DNA of 63,912 nucleotides, counting the filler, from Nemertoderma westbladi (taxonomy: Eukaryota; Animalia; Xenacoelomorpha), in NCBI GenBank assembly GCA_032718475.1. It is 4 parts of 4 records of this genome, joined end to end, with 100 filler letters (N's around TTAATTAATTAA, not from the genome) between each part and the next. Parts side by side here need not be neighbours in the genome. Positions count along the whole stretch, not along the records: positions 1 to 18,094 come from JAUCBJ010004370.1; 3 more parts are not named here. One strand, written 5' to 3'. Positions 1 through 11,600 of this stretch are shown piece after piece; within the stretch, counting starts at the first letter, position 1, and each line of letters opens with the position of its first letter. A program made the position numbers and the translations under genes. Below the pieces are notes generated by a model. The model searched no databases and had not been told where the DNA came from. It was given only the letters and a program-made list of their open reading frames with translations.

Positions 1-410
1 CTGCAACGAACAATAATTCTTGCAATCTTTGAACGCCTATTTCTCAGCTGTTTCTCAACGAAATTCAGATATTGTTACATATTTGGAACCCTTGTAACGC
101 AAGCTTTTTATTGATATGTAAAAAATTACGACTAAAGTGAAGAATGGCAATGATACAGAGGGTGCGATTTCGCAAAAGACACTTTTTTAAAACGCTTATA
201 AAAAAAATTTTAAGTCAAAATCCAAAATTCCGCTTTCATGGGGTCATCTACGGTGAGTGGAACTAGTTATGTTTCAAATTTCGAGCAATATGATAAAGAT
301 TTGTAGAAAAAATTTTTTTTGGGGGGGGGGGGGGGGGGTCCGTGTCATCAGAAAATGACACTATATTACGGGTGATGGTGTATATGATGGATTATATTTG
401 TGTACTATAT

Positions 411-1296
411 TACACCATAACCCTTAATACAACAACCATTTTTAGGGGGTCGGAGCCCACCCCCCACCCCCTCATTTTTTTCAAATTTCAATAAAATGCT
501 ACGAAATTCTGTATGATGATAGATCGACACCTTTTCTTACTGGTGGCCTGGCCGGATTTTTCAATTTCTCAGTTATTTCCATAAAACAATCCCTTAAAAA
601 ATGTCTATTTAACAATGTTTAACCACCTCCGTAGACTTTATTTTACGTCTTTGAAATGTAATCTAGATATCATTCGAAGCGCCTTCGTCTGTAGATTTCG
701 AATCTGAAAACCGTTTTAAATTTAACCAAAAATTGGTAAAGATATTATTATCAAAATACTAATGTGTAAATTCAGAGACGTAAATCGCTATAATTCTGAT
801 GTTTTGTTGTCTTTATTCTAGAATATTAATTATTATTTAGCTGAGCGTTTAAAACTCTCCATCTTGTTTTTTCATTACCCATAATTAATATTCTAGAATT
901 GAGTAAAAAAACATTAGAATTATAGCGATTTACGTCACAAAAATTTACACCTTAGTATTTTGATAATATCTCCGGAAGTTCTTGGTGAAATTTACAACGG
1001 GTTTCATATTCGGAATCTGCAGATGAAGGCGGTTCTAATGATATCTAGATCTCATTCCAAAGACGAAAAATAAAGCTGACGGAGGTGGCTAAATATTGCG
1101 AAATAGACGATTTTTAACGGCTTGTTGTATCGAAATAGCTCATAAATTAAAAAATCCGGCCAGGCCACCAGTAAGAAAAGGTGTCGATCTATCATCATTC
1201 CAAATTTCGTAGCATTTTATTGAAATTTGAAAAAAATTAGGGGGGGGGGGGCTCCGACCCCCTAAAAATGGTTGTTGTATTAAGGGTTATGATGTA
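411..1296. mobile_element. Foldback/MITE-like non-autonomous DNA transposon, almost entirely an inverted repeat
   Basis: Left arm TACACCATAACCCTTAATACAACAACCATTTTTAGGGGGTCGGAGCCC... is mirrored by ...GGGCTCCGACCCCCTAAAAATGGTTGTTGTATTAAGGGTTATGATGTA. Similarity continues inward for about 420 bp per arm. CTATAT flanks both ends (405-410, 1297-1302). No ORF. Confidence 0.85.
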
Positions 1297-1654
1297 CTAT
1301 ATGTAGTATTGTGTTGATGATGGATTGTGTATTTATTAGAAACACAGTAGCTATTAATATTTTACAATACAATGAAATGAAATAAGAAGGTTCTGAGAAC
1401 AATCAATAGAAGGTTCTAAGAAGAATTAATAGAAGGTTCTAACTATTACTGCAATCTCCCGTATAAGGGATCAACACAACGATGTAGGTCTACCCGAACC
1501 TGAATAAATTCAATAGATCCCAACCTTAAATAGATATTAAATAATTAATTCATAATATTATTAGTCTCATATATGGAATATTAATTTATGATAAAAATAT
1601 ACAAAGCGAAATGAAAAAAATCAAGAAATTTGAATAATATTGAGTAAAAAAGCA

Positions 1655-1770
1655 GAGTACTCAGCGTGGATTAAGCGCCTAGATATTATCACGGAGTACT
1701 CAGCGTGGGTTCAGCGCCTAGATATTATCACGGAGTACTCAGCGTGGGTTCAGCGCCTAGATACTATCAC
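1655..1770. repeat. 39-bp tandem repeat, 3 copies
   Basis: GAGTACTCAGCGTGGGTTCAGCGCCTAGATATTATCACG repeated; the last copy supplies the stop codon of the FReD ORF. Confidence 0.9.
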
Positions 1771-2831
1771 GTTTCTGAGACCCTTTTATCTTCCTCTACT
1801 CTTTTCCTTTTTCTGCACTTTATTCGCAGCTCTGTTGATCTTGCAAAGCGTTTGTTCGGTAGCGTTTGTTCGGTAGGTATTCCCTCGTCAATAACAGGGT
1901 GTTCTACGTCCGTCTCATAAGACGATATAATTTCATTAATTTCATGTTTCCCATACCACCACCCCATTCCGTGTTGCCGTGGGAGATTTTTCTCATTCGG
2001 TTCGTAGTTATTTTTGTCAAATGTAGAGAACGATGTCTCGTTGGCAAATTCCCACTCGGGATATGAATTATGAATCCAAGTCTCACTGAAGTTATTTCCG
2101 CTGAAAGTTATCTTATAGTGGGAAGTCGGGGATCCGATGGCGAAATTATTGTATGATATATCGGTATAATCTATCGCATGCTGTCCCGCCCATGATACAC
2201 TCACGTCAAACCTTAAATAACACAAGTTCTTACCATTTACCAACTTGTAGATATTCTCTAGACCAAACCAGAATTCATCGTTGACGTCACCAAACCCTGA
2301 TTCGTATGCCGACCAATTCCGAGAGAAATTCAGTATCCCACCGTAGTCGCGTCTGTGTATCACCAACCATGGGCCGTCGTCTCCCAAGTTATCGCATCTA
2401 ATAGAGTTGCTTTTACCGAGTCCAAATATTTCATTTGTTGCGATTGTTTGCGCATGTGTATTGTTATACACTTTACACGGGAACGCGTTGCTTGAAGTCG
2501 TGACTTCAACTTCTGGCCCAGAACTACTGGTACTAACTGTACTTGAGGAAGTAGTGGGAAAAACTTCGTTATCGATATTATTACTGACGGTATTCTTAAA
2601 ACTATTCGGCGCAACCTCTACAGCGACCCCAATGACTAACGCTATAAACAATACCAGCCCTATGACTGCTTTGAATCTGACCCATGATATTGGTCTGCGA
2701 TCCACCTTTTTCGTAGTAATAACGGTTTCTCCGGTCATTGAATCAATGCTGATTTCGCGTCCAAACGGTTCTATCGATAACGCTATTGAATACGCCGTAA
2801 TAGTGCAGTATGCGAACAACACCCCCAACAA
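1767..2831 (-). CDS. Fibrinogen-related domain (FReD/FBG) protein, probably type II membrane-anchored, intronless
   Basis: FBG motifs CDNLGDDGPWLVIHRR, NFSRNWSAYESGFGD, EFWFGLENIYKL, FSTFDKNN, GWWY. These follow a hydrophobic segment (AVIGLVLFIALVIGVAV) and a Ser/Thr stalk. The ORF caller used a TTG start; the first ATG is at codon 32. Confidence 0.85.
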   Translation of the reverse strand: MLGVLFAYCTITAYSIALSIEPFGREISIDSMTGETVITTKKVDRRPISWVRFKAVIGLVLFIALVIGVAVEVAPNSFKNTVSNNIDNEVFPTTSSSTVSTSSSGPEVEVTTSSNAFPCKVYNNTHAQTIATNEIFGLGKSNSIRCDNLGDDGPWLVIHRRDYGGILNFSRNWSAYESGFGDVNDEFWFGLENIYKLVNGKNLCYLRFDVSVSWAGQHAIDYTDISYNNFAIGSPTSHYKITFSGNNFSETWIHNSYPEWEFANETSFSTFDKNNYEPNEKNLPRQHGMGWWYGKHEINEIISSYETDVEHPVIDEGIPTEQTLPNKRFARSTELRIKCRKRKRVEEDKRVSET

Positions 2832-2994
2832 AATTTTTATACTAGCTTGTTTTTGCTACCGGTATTTTAAAAAAAATGTTTAACTAATGTTTGCCATTAA
2901 TAAAAAAAAAATGTAATGTTCTAGAACAAACATTTTTGTTCTAGAATGCGAATTCTAAAAAATTCGCAAAATTTAAAAAAAATTCTAAAAAATT

Positions 2995-3236
2995 CATACA
3001 ATATTGCAATGTTCTAGAGTTAATATACGGAAATAATAACCTGAAGCGAATAAAACTGTAATAATCACTTCTGCCTTATCCTTCAGCAAATTAACCTAAT
3101 ATAATAACCTCGGCCTGCGGCCTCGGTAATTATACAGGTTAATTTGCTTCTGGAACGGCATCAGTGATTATTAAGTTTTATTCGCTTCAGGTTATTATTT
3201 CCGTATATTAACTCTAGAACATTGCAATATTGTATG
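2995..3236. mobile_element. Palindromic MITE (~240 bp)
   Basis: CATACAATATTGCAATGTTCTAGAGTTAATATACGGAAATAATAACCTGAAGCGAATAAAAC and its exact reverse complement enclose a CCTCGGCCTGCGGCCTCGG core. Confidence 0.85.
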
Positions 3237-3606
3237 TATAGAAACAAATAATTTAAATTTAAATCGGCAAACATAAGCAAAGGGGATAATCTGTTACCAA
3301 TTTCTTATGTTTTGCGAGAAATTGTAGAACAAACAATATAGCTGCTATAATACACAAACTACAATTGAAATTTGTTGTAATGGATATAGTTATTCCCACA
3401 AATCATTGAAAATGAATTAAAAATAATCAGAAATAATAAAGAAAATATTTGAAACAGTTTAGAAAATGTTCTAGAACAAAAAACATTTGTTCTAGAACAT
3501 ATCCTAAAAGGAAATTAGCAAAACCTACTGTAGCTAGTACAAAAAATTCAATGGTCCACGCATACTTCACTGGAACGCCTACCTGATTTCGCGGAATAAT
3601 AATTGC

Positions 3607-4363
3607 TAACAGTGGAGGAATGTTTTTTTGAATCGTCCATATCTAAAAGTCTGCAGTTATTAATGTAATACTCGGTGCAAATTAATATATATTATTGGTA
3701 GTGATGTCTATAATTAATAGTAAATTACGTGCTGAAAATTGCTGTTATTTTGCGCGACGGTTATCTACGCGACGGTTATAGTACAACAATCATTCAATAA
3801 GCAAGGCGCCCTAAACATAGTGTTTAGGACGCCTTGTGTGTGGTGTAACCGTCAGGATTATTCGAGAACACAAAGCCGCTATGGTAACTGTGAAATTCCG
3901 GGTAAGCAGTAACAGCTATCAATGGGTGTCTCTTTCATTGTCCTAAGGGCCACAAATAGCTCCAAGAAAAACCCGCCCTAGTCGAAAATAAAGAGGAATT
4001 CAAGGAACCTTATTCAACCGGCCCAAATAATAACTGACTGTTTACCAAAAGTGGAGAACAAAGAGTAACAGATTCTTAACAAATATCCCCCCCAGTTCCA
4101 TCAGCTAATAACAGATAGGACCCTCTAAAGAAAGAAACTCCAACTTGGCAACTTTCTCTGAAATATCTTTCTTGATGGGTAGGGGACTACCTCTCATTGT
4201 TTGTGTGTCGTTATAACGCCTGTGGTTTGAATGTGCCCCATACAAGTACCGCCACTACCAACTCCCCATTGGCTAATTAATACAATTAGATAATTGGCCG
4301 AATATAATAAAAATATTGTCCGTAAGATATAGTGGTCATTTTGGTTGGGCGTTACATAACTGT
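3607..4363 (+). promoter_or_regulatory. Upstream region of the ovo-like gene with six TAACNGT (Ovo/Myb-type) motifs
   Basis: TAACNGT or its reverse complement at 3607, 3757, 3772, 3846, 3885 and 4357; ATTGG (CCAAT) boxes near 4268 and 4293. Confidence 0.45.
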
Positions 4364-4501
4364 TGCAGATTGAATTGGCACCATCTGAGATAACTCTTGG
4401 TATATTCTGTATAACTGAGCTACAAAAATATTACATATTTGGAGTATTTCGAAATATCACTACTATTTGGGAACATTCTGCGACACGGGAAGACACGACA
4501 A

Positions 4502-5003
4502 GTAAGTAAATAAAGTATAAAATAAAGAAGTAAAGTATATTATAGTAATTAAAGTTCATTCTAGGTTCAAAATCGTTTGGTTACTTTCTCTTTTTACAGT
4601 AAATAAATAAAGTATTAGTAAAGTAGCATATATACCAAATTTTAGCTAATTAAGTAATCATAATTAACTTTTTCACTTTTCGCGATTTCTAACAATGGAA
4701 TATTAAACTAATCTGGATATTATATTTTATTTATTACATTATTGTATTTTATGAAATTAAAATTGGAAAGTGGAAAGTGGGAAATTCTGGAAGTAAAAAT
4801 AAGGTAGTTATCAAGTACCGGCAATATTGCGTTTTTTTTAACAAAAATTGTTCAAACGAAAATCGCTCTTGTGATATCCTCGTAACGCAGTAAAGTAAAG
4901 TTAAATATTGGTTGTACCCAACTGCCACTCTCCATCGACTTGCCATAAAAATTTATTTGAAATTACAAATACCTAATTATTTATTGCTGTTGTTTAATTT
5001 TAG
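4502..5003 (+). other. Probable 5' UTR intron of the ovo-like gene
   Basis: GTAAGT donor at 4502, AT-rich interior, and a TTTTAG acceptor ending at 5003, about 30 bp before the ATG. Confidence 0.5.
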
Positions 5004-5032
5004 GCTGTTAAACAAAATATTGGCAACACCAA

Positions 5033-7309
5033 ATGGAATCCCTGTTGTTGCCACAGCAACAGTGCCCCTTATTGTCTCCGGAAACGTCCAGTAGAGACAG
5101 TATAACAAGTCTGGGAAGTTTCTCTAGACTCAACACTAGCATACCTATAGATGGAGCGACCACGTACATTCAGCCGCCAACCAATCACATGACGACACAG
5201 TATTACCCAAGCAACGCACAATGCTACCATAGCAACCCAGCGCCAGCCAATCATTTCGTTCCGATTTACTCCCCGCCCGGGGAGGGAAACACGTCGTCTA
5301 TATTCTACAGCCCCAGATCCCGCGATTCGCCGCTAGAGGGCAATCATTCACGATACCGAACTACGCCGCCGGAGGCGGATAGATACCGGAGCACCTCGCG
5401 AATATCCATCTGCGTGGAGAACACCTGGCAACCGGAGTACCCAGAGGTTGGGTTGCCACGCAACGCCACGCGACCAACGCCACTTCCACGCGGTCACGTG
5501 TTTCCCGGTCTGCGCTCGCGACCTCCGAACAATCCCGCTAATTACGACAACCAATCGCAGCCTATGCTGCATCTAGAGCAGCAGAATCTAGCCAATCAAA
5601 ATCTACCAAATCACCCCCAGTTCGCGAACTTCGAGATTAGCGAAACGCAGCGCGAGAAATCGAAACAAAATTTATTGCCGAATTTGAATCTCCCGCACAG
5701 TAGCGATACTTTTCCTTCTATGTGGCTGAAGCAGGAAAGCCAATCAAATCCAGTGAGATACCCAATTATACCCCCAAACCCCTATCGGACAGCGCAGACA
5801 AACATTCTAGAACATTCTACCAATCAAGTTCCTCTCAAACCCTTTCTAGAATTCCCTCAGAGTATGAAGTCATGCGATAACCGCGTTACTAATTACCCTT
5901 ATGCCGATCACCGCCAGCATATGGGCTACCAACACGAAATCATAGATTGTGGACATCCTCCTGCAACACAATTCGTCCCATACCCTCCCACTGCCGTACC
6001 TCCTACTGTTGTAGTGTCTCACAGCGTCCTCGCAGCCAAACACTCACCCTACCCATTGCCAAGCCAACCCATACCTCCCATTGTGATGCCAACCCTCCCT
6101 CCCCATATATACCCTCCCACCATCGATTACCCCGATTCAATGCGTTTCCCTCTTTCACAACAGAGCCAACAAAGTGAATTAAAACAAACTTGTAGCGAAA
6201 TAAAGATGCACCGCAACGACCCAGATATAAACCAAGGCAATGGCTTGTCTAATCCTAGAAATCTAGAAGTGGAAATGAGCAGTAATGATACCAGCTGTGG
6301 TACAGAAAGAAAAGACGACGACAGTCAAACAGATGGGATAACCAATCAAATCAATACATTGTTCACTGACGAAGAAAAGCTCTTCACAAAAGGTAACAGA
6401 AGTGCCCATGCCAACGATATTGAGGAATGTCCTCAGATACCGCCACCGGCTACCCCAGAAGTTGCGTCACAACCCGACCAAACGGCCAAAACCGAAACCC
6501 AAATTAAAAGCCACACTTGTCACATTTGCTGCAAGAGCTACCACCTAGCCAGAATGCTGAAACGGCACCTCAAGACGCACAACATGGTGAAGCGATACGC
6601 ATGCCACTACTGCACCAAAGGATTCAACGATACGTTCGATCTTAAACGACACGTTCGGACCCACACCGGAGTGCGTCCGTACCGCTGCGACTATTGCCCG
6701 CGTAGTTTCACGCAGCGCTGCTCGCTGGAGTCCCACCGACTCAAGGTGCACGCGGCTCCGGTTTCCTACAACTTCAAAGAGCGGAGGGACAAGGTATTCG
6801 TATGCGAGGACTGCGGATACACGGACGCGGATTGCGGAACGTTCCGGGAACACATCGCAACCCATCATCCCGACAGCATATGGTCGGACACCGTCCGCCT
6901 CAAGTCGACCCTTGCGAACCCATGGAATCGTGGGTTGCCACGACAACCAGACCAAAACAAAGACGATTACCACACCGAACCAACTGCAACAAACGAACCA
7001 ATAGCAATCAACCACGACCGTTGTCAAGGATACAATAGCAGCTATACAAACTACCAAGACACTTTAAACAATTCTCAAACAACCAATCAAAACTGGCAGT
7101 TACGAAATTCCGTGAAACCCGAAACATTCACACTTATGACATCACATCCGCGGGTTGGAGGGCAGCAGCAACCATCAGCTGTAGAAGCGGTTGGCCCTGA
7201 TAACCATGGAAACGACGTGACACCCGATCAACTTCGTAGTTACCAAGCGGCACTGGCTTTGACTCAACTTCGAAACATGACGGCCCAAAATAACTTTGTT
7301 CAAGTGTAA
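5033..7309 (+). CDS. ovo: Ovo/shavenbaby/OVOL family C2H2 zinc-finger transcription factor
   Basis: Four fingers with Ovo-diagnostic sequence: RMLKRHLKTH..VKRY.C..C.KGFNDTFDLKRHVRTHTGVRPY.C..C..SFTQRCSLESH..KVH...Y..KERR.KVFVCEDCG. Pro/Gln-rich N-terminus. Uninterrupted 758-aa ORF. Confidence 0.93.
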   Translation: MESLLLPQQQCPLLSPETSSRDSITSLGSFSRLNTSIPIDGATTYIQPPTNHMTTQYYPSNAQCYHSNPAPANHFVPIYSPPGEGNTSSIFYSPRSRDSPLEGNHSRYRTTPPEADRYRSTSRISICVENTWQPEYPEVGLPRNATRPTPLPRGHVFPGLRSRPPNNPANYDNQSQPMLHLEQQNLANQNLPNHPQFANFEISETQREKSKQNLLPNLNLPHSSDTFPSMWLKQESQSNPVRYPIIPPNPYRTAQTNILEHSTNQVPLKPFLEFPQSMKSCDNRVTNYPYADHRQHMGYQHEIIDCGHPPATQFVPYPPTAVPPTVVVSHSVLAAKHSPYPLPSQPIPPIVMPTLPPHIYPPTIDYPDSMRFPLSQQSQQSELKQTCSEIKMHRNDPDINQGNGLSNPRNLEVEMSSNDTSCGTERKDDDSQTDGITNQINTLFTDEEKLFTKGNRSAHANDIEECPQIPPPATPEVASQPDQTAKTETQIKSHTCHICCKSYHLARMLKRHLKTHNMVKRYACHYCTKGFNDTFDLKRHVRTHTGVRPYRCDYCPRSFTQRCSLESHRLKVHAAPVSYNFKERRDKVFVCEDCGYTDADCGTFREHIATHHPDSIWSDTVRLKSTLANPWNRGLPRQPDQNKDDYHTEPTATNEPIAINHDRCQGYNSSYTNYQDTLNNSQTTNQNWQLRNSVKPETFTLMTSHPRVGGQQQPSAVEAVGPDNHGNDVTPDQLRSYQAALALTQLRNMTAQNNFVQV

Positions 7310-8068
7310 TAGATTATCTGTTTGTGATTATTTGTATACTACCATACTGTTCATAATTAATATTTTATAAGAATAATTTATTTAACACATAATTTTAATG
7401 GTTGCTTTTTGATGACCCTATTCTATTACGAGAACTACTTGGAACACAAGTTAATATTTGTTTTAAATGGAACTCTTTTTTTATAAATCTTTTTTAAATA
7501 ATAGTTAGTAATTAACAACAATCAATGGTGATGCTATTGAGAAAGTTGACCCAAAACGATTAATAAACCACATCAGTTACTATTATTAATTTTGTTATCT
7601 ATTATTGGTTCATTTTTTAAATTCACATGAAAAAATTAATTTGCAATGGAAATGATGCAATATAAGTTTTACCATACTGACACATTAAAACATAATAATA
7701 GGGAAAATCCGTACCTAGATATATACATATATTCCTACATATATTCCTACATATAGAAACGTGAAATATTAGATATATAATATTTGAATATATTAGATCA
7801 AATCACATATAATAATTATATAATTTCATATAAGGGCAAGTGAGCTTGTATTGCGTGTTTATCAGTGTGTTTTGGTTTCAGACAATAATTATTATTATGT
7901 AATTTATAATAAATAAGGTTATTAATCATCCAAATATTACGTATAATTATTTTATTATGCATTCGATAATGACGTCTATACCGGTAATGTATAGCTGATT
8001 ATTTAATCTTAAGTTGTATTTTTTGACCAATCCTAGTACAGTGATAGTTGTAATATATGTCAGACCCT

Positions 8069-8218
8069 GGCAGAAAGTGGAGAAACTGAATCATTTTGGC
8101 CAAGCCATATCGCAGGTCGTATGTAGGAGAAACATAAAAAGTAATAAAGCCTCAAAGCATCCCGACAAACTGATGTAAAGTTAATCTGCAAAGATAAATT
8201 CAGTTTCTACTTTCTGCC
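8069..8218. mobile_element. Small degenerate MITE-like inverted repeat
   Basis: GGCAGAAAGTGGAGAAACTGAAT ... ATTCAGTTTCTACTTTCTGCC. Confidence 0.5.
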
Positions 8219-8665
8219 GTTGTTTCATGCTGTCCAGCTTTAATAATTTACTCGTTAAAATTTTTTTTATTTAAATGAAATTGTGGTAAAGACGTTAAGA
8301 CACGTTTTTTTATAATGTATACCGGTACTTTATGTAATGTACATTTAATTAGCAATGTATAATTTAGGATATGTCTCAGTCTCTGTCTTTATCTTACAAA
8401 GTTGGAATTAATTTACATTTAGCTGTATTTGATTAAATTATTACATTTTTTTGTGAAATTTTCCCGAGTCTGTGAATCGTGATATGTTATCAAATTGACG
8501 ATATAACCATATAGGTATTTATATTATTGAAACTATGAACTACTTTTGCTTAGAGTGCAGCAACACTAGGTGTTAGTTGCACCCTATTATGTGTTCACTG
8601 GGAAACATTTCGGAATATAAATGTGAGGCACCAGCCACCATCCGCGAGTTAGTATATCTACTAAC

Positions 8666-11600
8666 CTTATCAGACAACTTCCACAAACAATAATCCAAGG
8701 CTTCCTTTTCATTATCCGCTACCCTATAAATAAATATAATTTTATATTATAGTCTAGACAAACGTAACTCTCCTTTTAACAGCTCAACTTCACTTGTCAA
8801 TTACATGACATGCAATATGTAAATCTCCTAGAATTACAATCACTCCCCAACTTCTCTGGGAGTAAGTATATTCCGGGCAGCAGTAGAGTCTGAGCTGTAA
8901 TATGTCAGTACCTGTTGGGCCCTTAACTGCGGAAGATACCAGATCACTTGATGGTACCGGTACTACATGGGTGCAGGAAACTGCATAGGGCTCATGGCAT
9001 AAATACATAACAACAAATACAACAAGTACAATATCGGTAGGGACTGAGAGTCGCCAAAACCCAGCCCCACCCTGCTGGCTCGACGGATGCGACTTCAGCA
9101 GCATAACGGGTAAAACTGTGTATGTCAGCTGGCTGGTTAGAGGAACATGATTGACATTACGGAAACGTCTTCTAAAAGACGTTGGTCTTGATAAAGTAGA
9201 TGAGTTGGGGTTTTCAGAGGGATGATCGCGGTTTGTGGCGGTGTTGCGTTTGGAGGGGGGGGGGGGGGGGGGGGATCCTTCTGGTGTGGCTGATGTGTGT
9301 GTTTAATATTAAAAATAAAAATATTAACATGTAGAGGGAATGATGTTCTAGCCTATATGCCTGTAAGTCAGTTAGTGAGATTGATAGAACCGAAAGCTTT
9401 ATACTAAAGTAAATTTTTAAATAACACTAACTTGTCATAGTCAATGTGTTTCTCCATGGCTTCACGTATAACGTCCACAGGATCGGCATCGTCGGATATC
9501 CTATCAACGTCAGCCACGAAGGCCGCGTAGTTAACGCATTCCGGGTTGCATCGCGATTGGTAGACCTCCAGGAGCCGAGCCATCTCCCTTGGTAAGTAAC
9601 GAAGTCCGGATGAATCCAACCCTCTGGCAAACTCACCTTTAGTAATAGTTCCAGACCTAAAAACAATGTGTTGTGTATAGATGGTCAATAGGTCAATATA
9701 TTTGTGATGTTAATAATACTGAAATAAGTTAAGGTGTCAAGTCAATTAATACATAATAATATAATATTAATGTGTAGGCTGGGAATCGTTAGCCAAAATA
9801 TCCCGATTTAAAAATTACTATATCCTGACAAATAGATAGAGATTGTTCGTGTTGTGATATGATATGGTCAGCGGATTATTGGGTGCACTGATTAGGTCCC
9901 TATAACTTCCGCGACTTACTAAAATTTACTATAAAAAAAGGAAACACAAAATAACATAATATTTTTATTTGTTTATAACCTGTGTTTATCGTAGTCCTTT
10001 AGGAATTCAACCAATCGGACGCTTCTACTGTGCTGCCTCGCCCGACCAATAAGCTCGGCTACCCTTGGCAACTGGGTGTCTGTCTGCGGCTCCCGTCTTG
10101 ATTTCGCAATATTCCGCAGGTGCGATAAATGATCGAGATATTTCGGTTCGTCGTAATCACGTGGCTGCCAAAATAACAATGTGTTGGCAAGCTGTATTTT
10201 TCGAGGTGTTTGTTATTATCAAGGATGTTTTACGTTACGTTACGTTACGGTTGAGAAACTAAACTTTTTACGTTACGATATTACATTACGGAATAATTTC
10301 CAAATTACGTTACGTTAGGTACTGTATTCCGAAAAAAATAATTGCGTATTACCGAAAATACCGTAACGTAAATAACCGGTTCAGATTCCATAGGACCACA
10401 AAGAGATATATAAAGTTTCATCCTAATTTTGTCTGAAAATCGGAAAATTATAGTTTTAATGTTTTGAAATTGCAAATTATCTTAATATAAAAATAACTTT
10501 GAATTGGTAGAACGGCTTGGCTTGTGTTGTAATAGGTTGTCATAATAAGGCATACAGGTAACGGTAGCCATGAGATCATGGCTTACCTGGGATCATGGAT
10601 CCGGAAGTCAGGTGAGGACCTTCGAATACGTAAGGGAAAGGCATGGGCAGCCTTGAATAGGCTTTCCAGGATTTGGAAGTCACCGAGAATTAATCGGAAA
10701 CTTAAGGTCCGGTTATTTAGAGCAGCAGTAGTTCCAGTACTCCTCTATGGGAGTCCATGCTGGGCTCTAACTGCTGAGGACACCAAATCTCTGGACGGCA
10801 CATTCACAAGAATGCTACGCCGGGTACATTGTGTCAAGTACAATGCACACATCTCCAACCAGACACTATATAACATTGGAGGTGTCTCATTGGTTCCCCC
10901 AAGCTTGACACTAGAACAAAATCGCCTCCGCTTTGCAGGACATTGCTTTCGCCGTGAGGACCAGCCAGTGCATAATCTTATACTTTGGCAGCCTCATAGA
11001 GTGAATAAGCATGGTGGACAGCCCATGACTTTCTTGAAACGCATCTTAAAGGACACTGGCCTTGAAGATGCGGATGATCAATTTTGTCGATAAGCCGGCA
11101 CAGCATTCTTAAAAATGCAGCTGCAATGCAGCATGCCGATCCTAGTAGTAACGGTAGCCATGTAGGTAGGCCTACCATGTAACCTGCTAACGGATCTAGG
11201 AAACTTCCCCCCCGGACACCCCCCCCCCCCCCAAGTTAAAGTGTTAAAATTAATCTGGGTACATCAAAGCAATAAACAAAAGTTAAAGATGGTTACAGGA
11301 CAAGTTGTATCTAGTCACTTTTTTTCAAAATTATAAAAGAAACATTTTTATAGTCAAATTTTGTTTGTTTTTCTGCCGCTTTCTGTTTGTCTGCCGCCCC
11401 CAAACCCCGGCATTTCCCTGTGTGCCCGTGGTGAAGGACTTAAGACAATTTTGAAATAATTAATTCATGTTTGTATCATCAGATAATAAATTGACTAAGC
11501 TTAAAGTAGGAGCTGTATTGAATGTTAACCAAATTAATATATAGATTACTACAATATTATATAATTCAACAAAATCCTATTAAAACCATGGCAAGTAACC

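Noticed and set aside
2407-2883. Antisense ORFs over the FReD, ovo and retroelement coding regions
   Set aside because: These are shadow frames of real coding sequence with no recognisable motifs.
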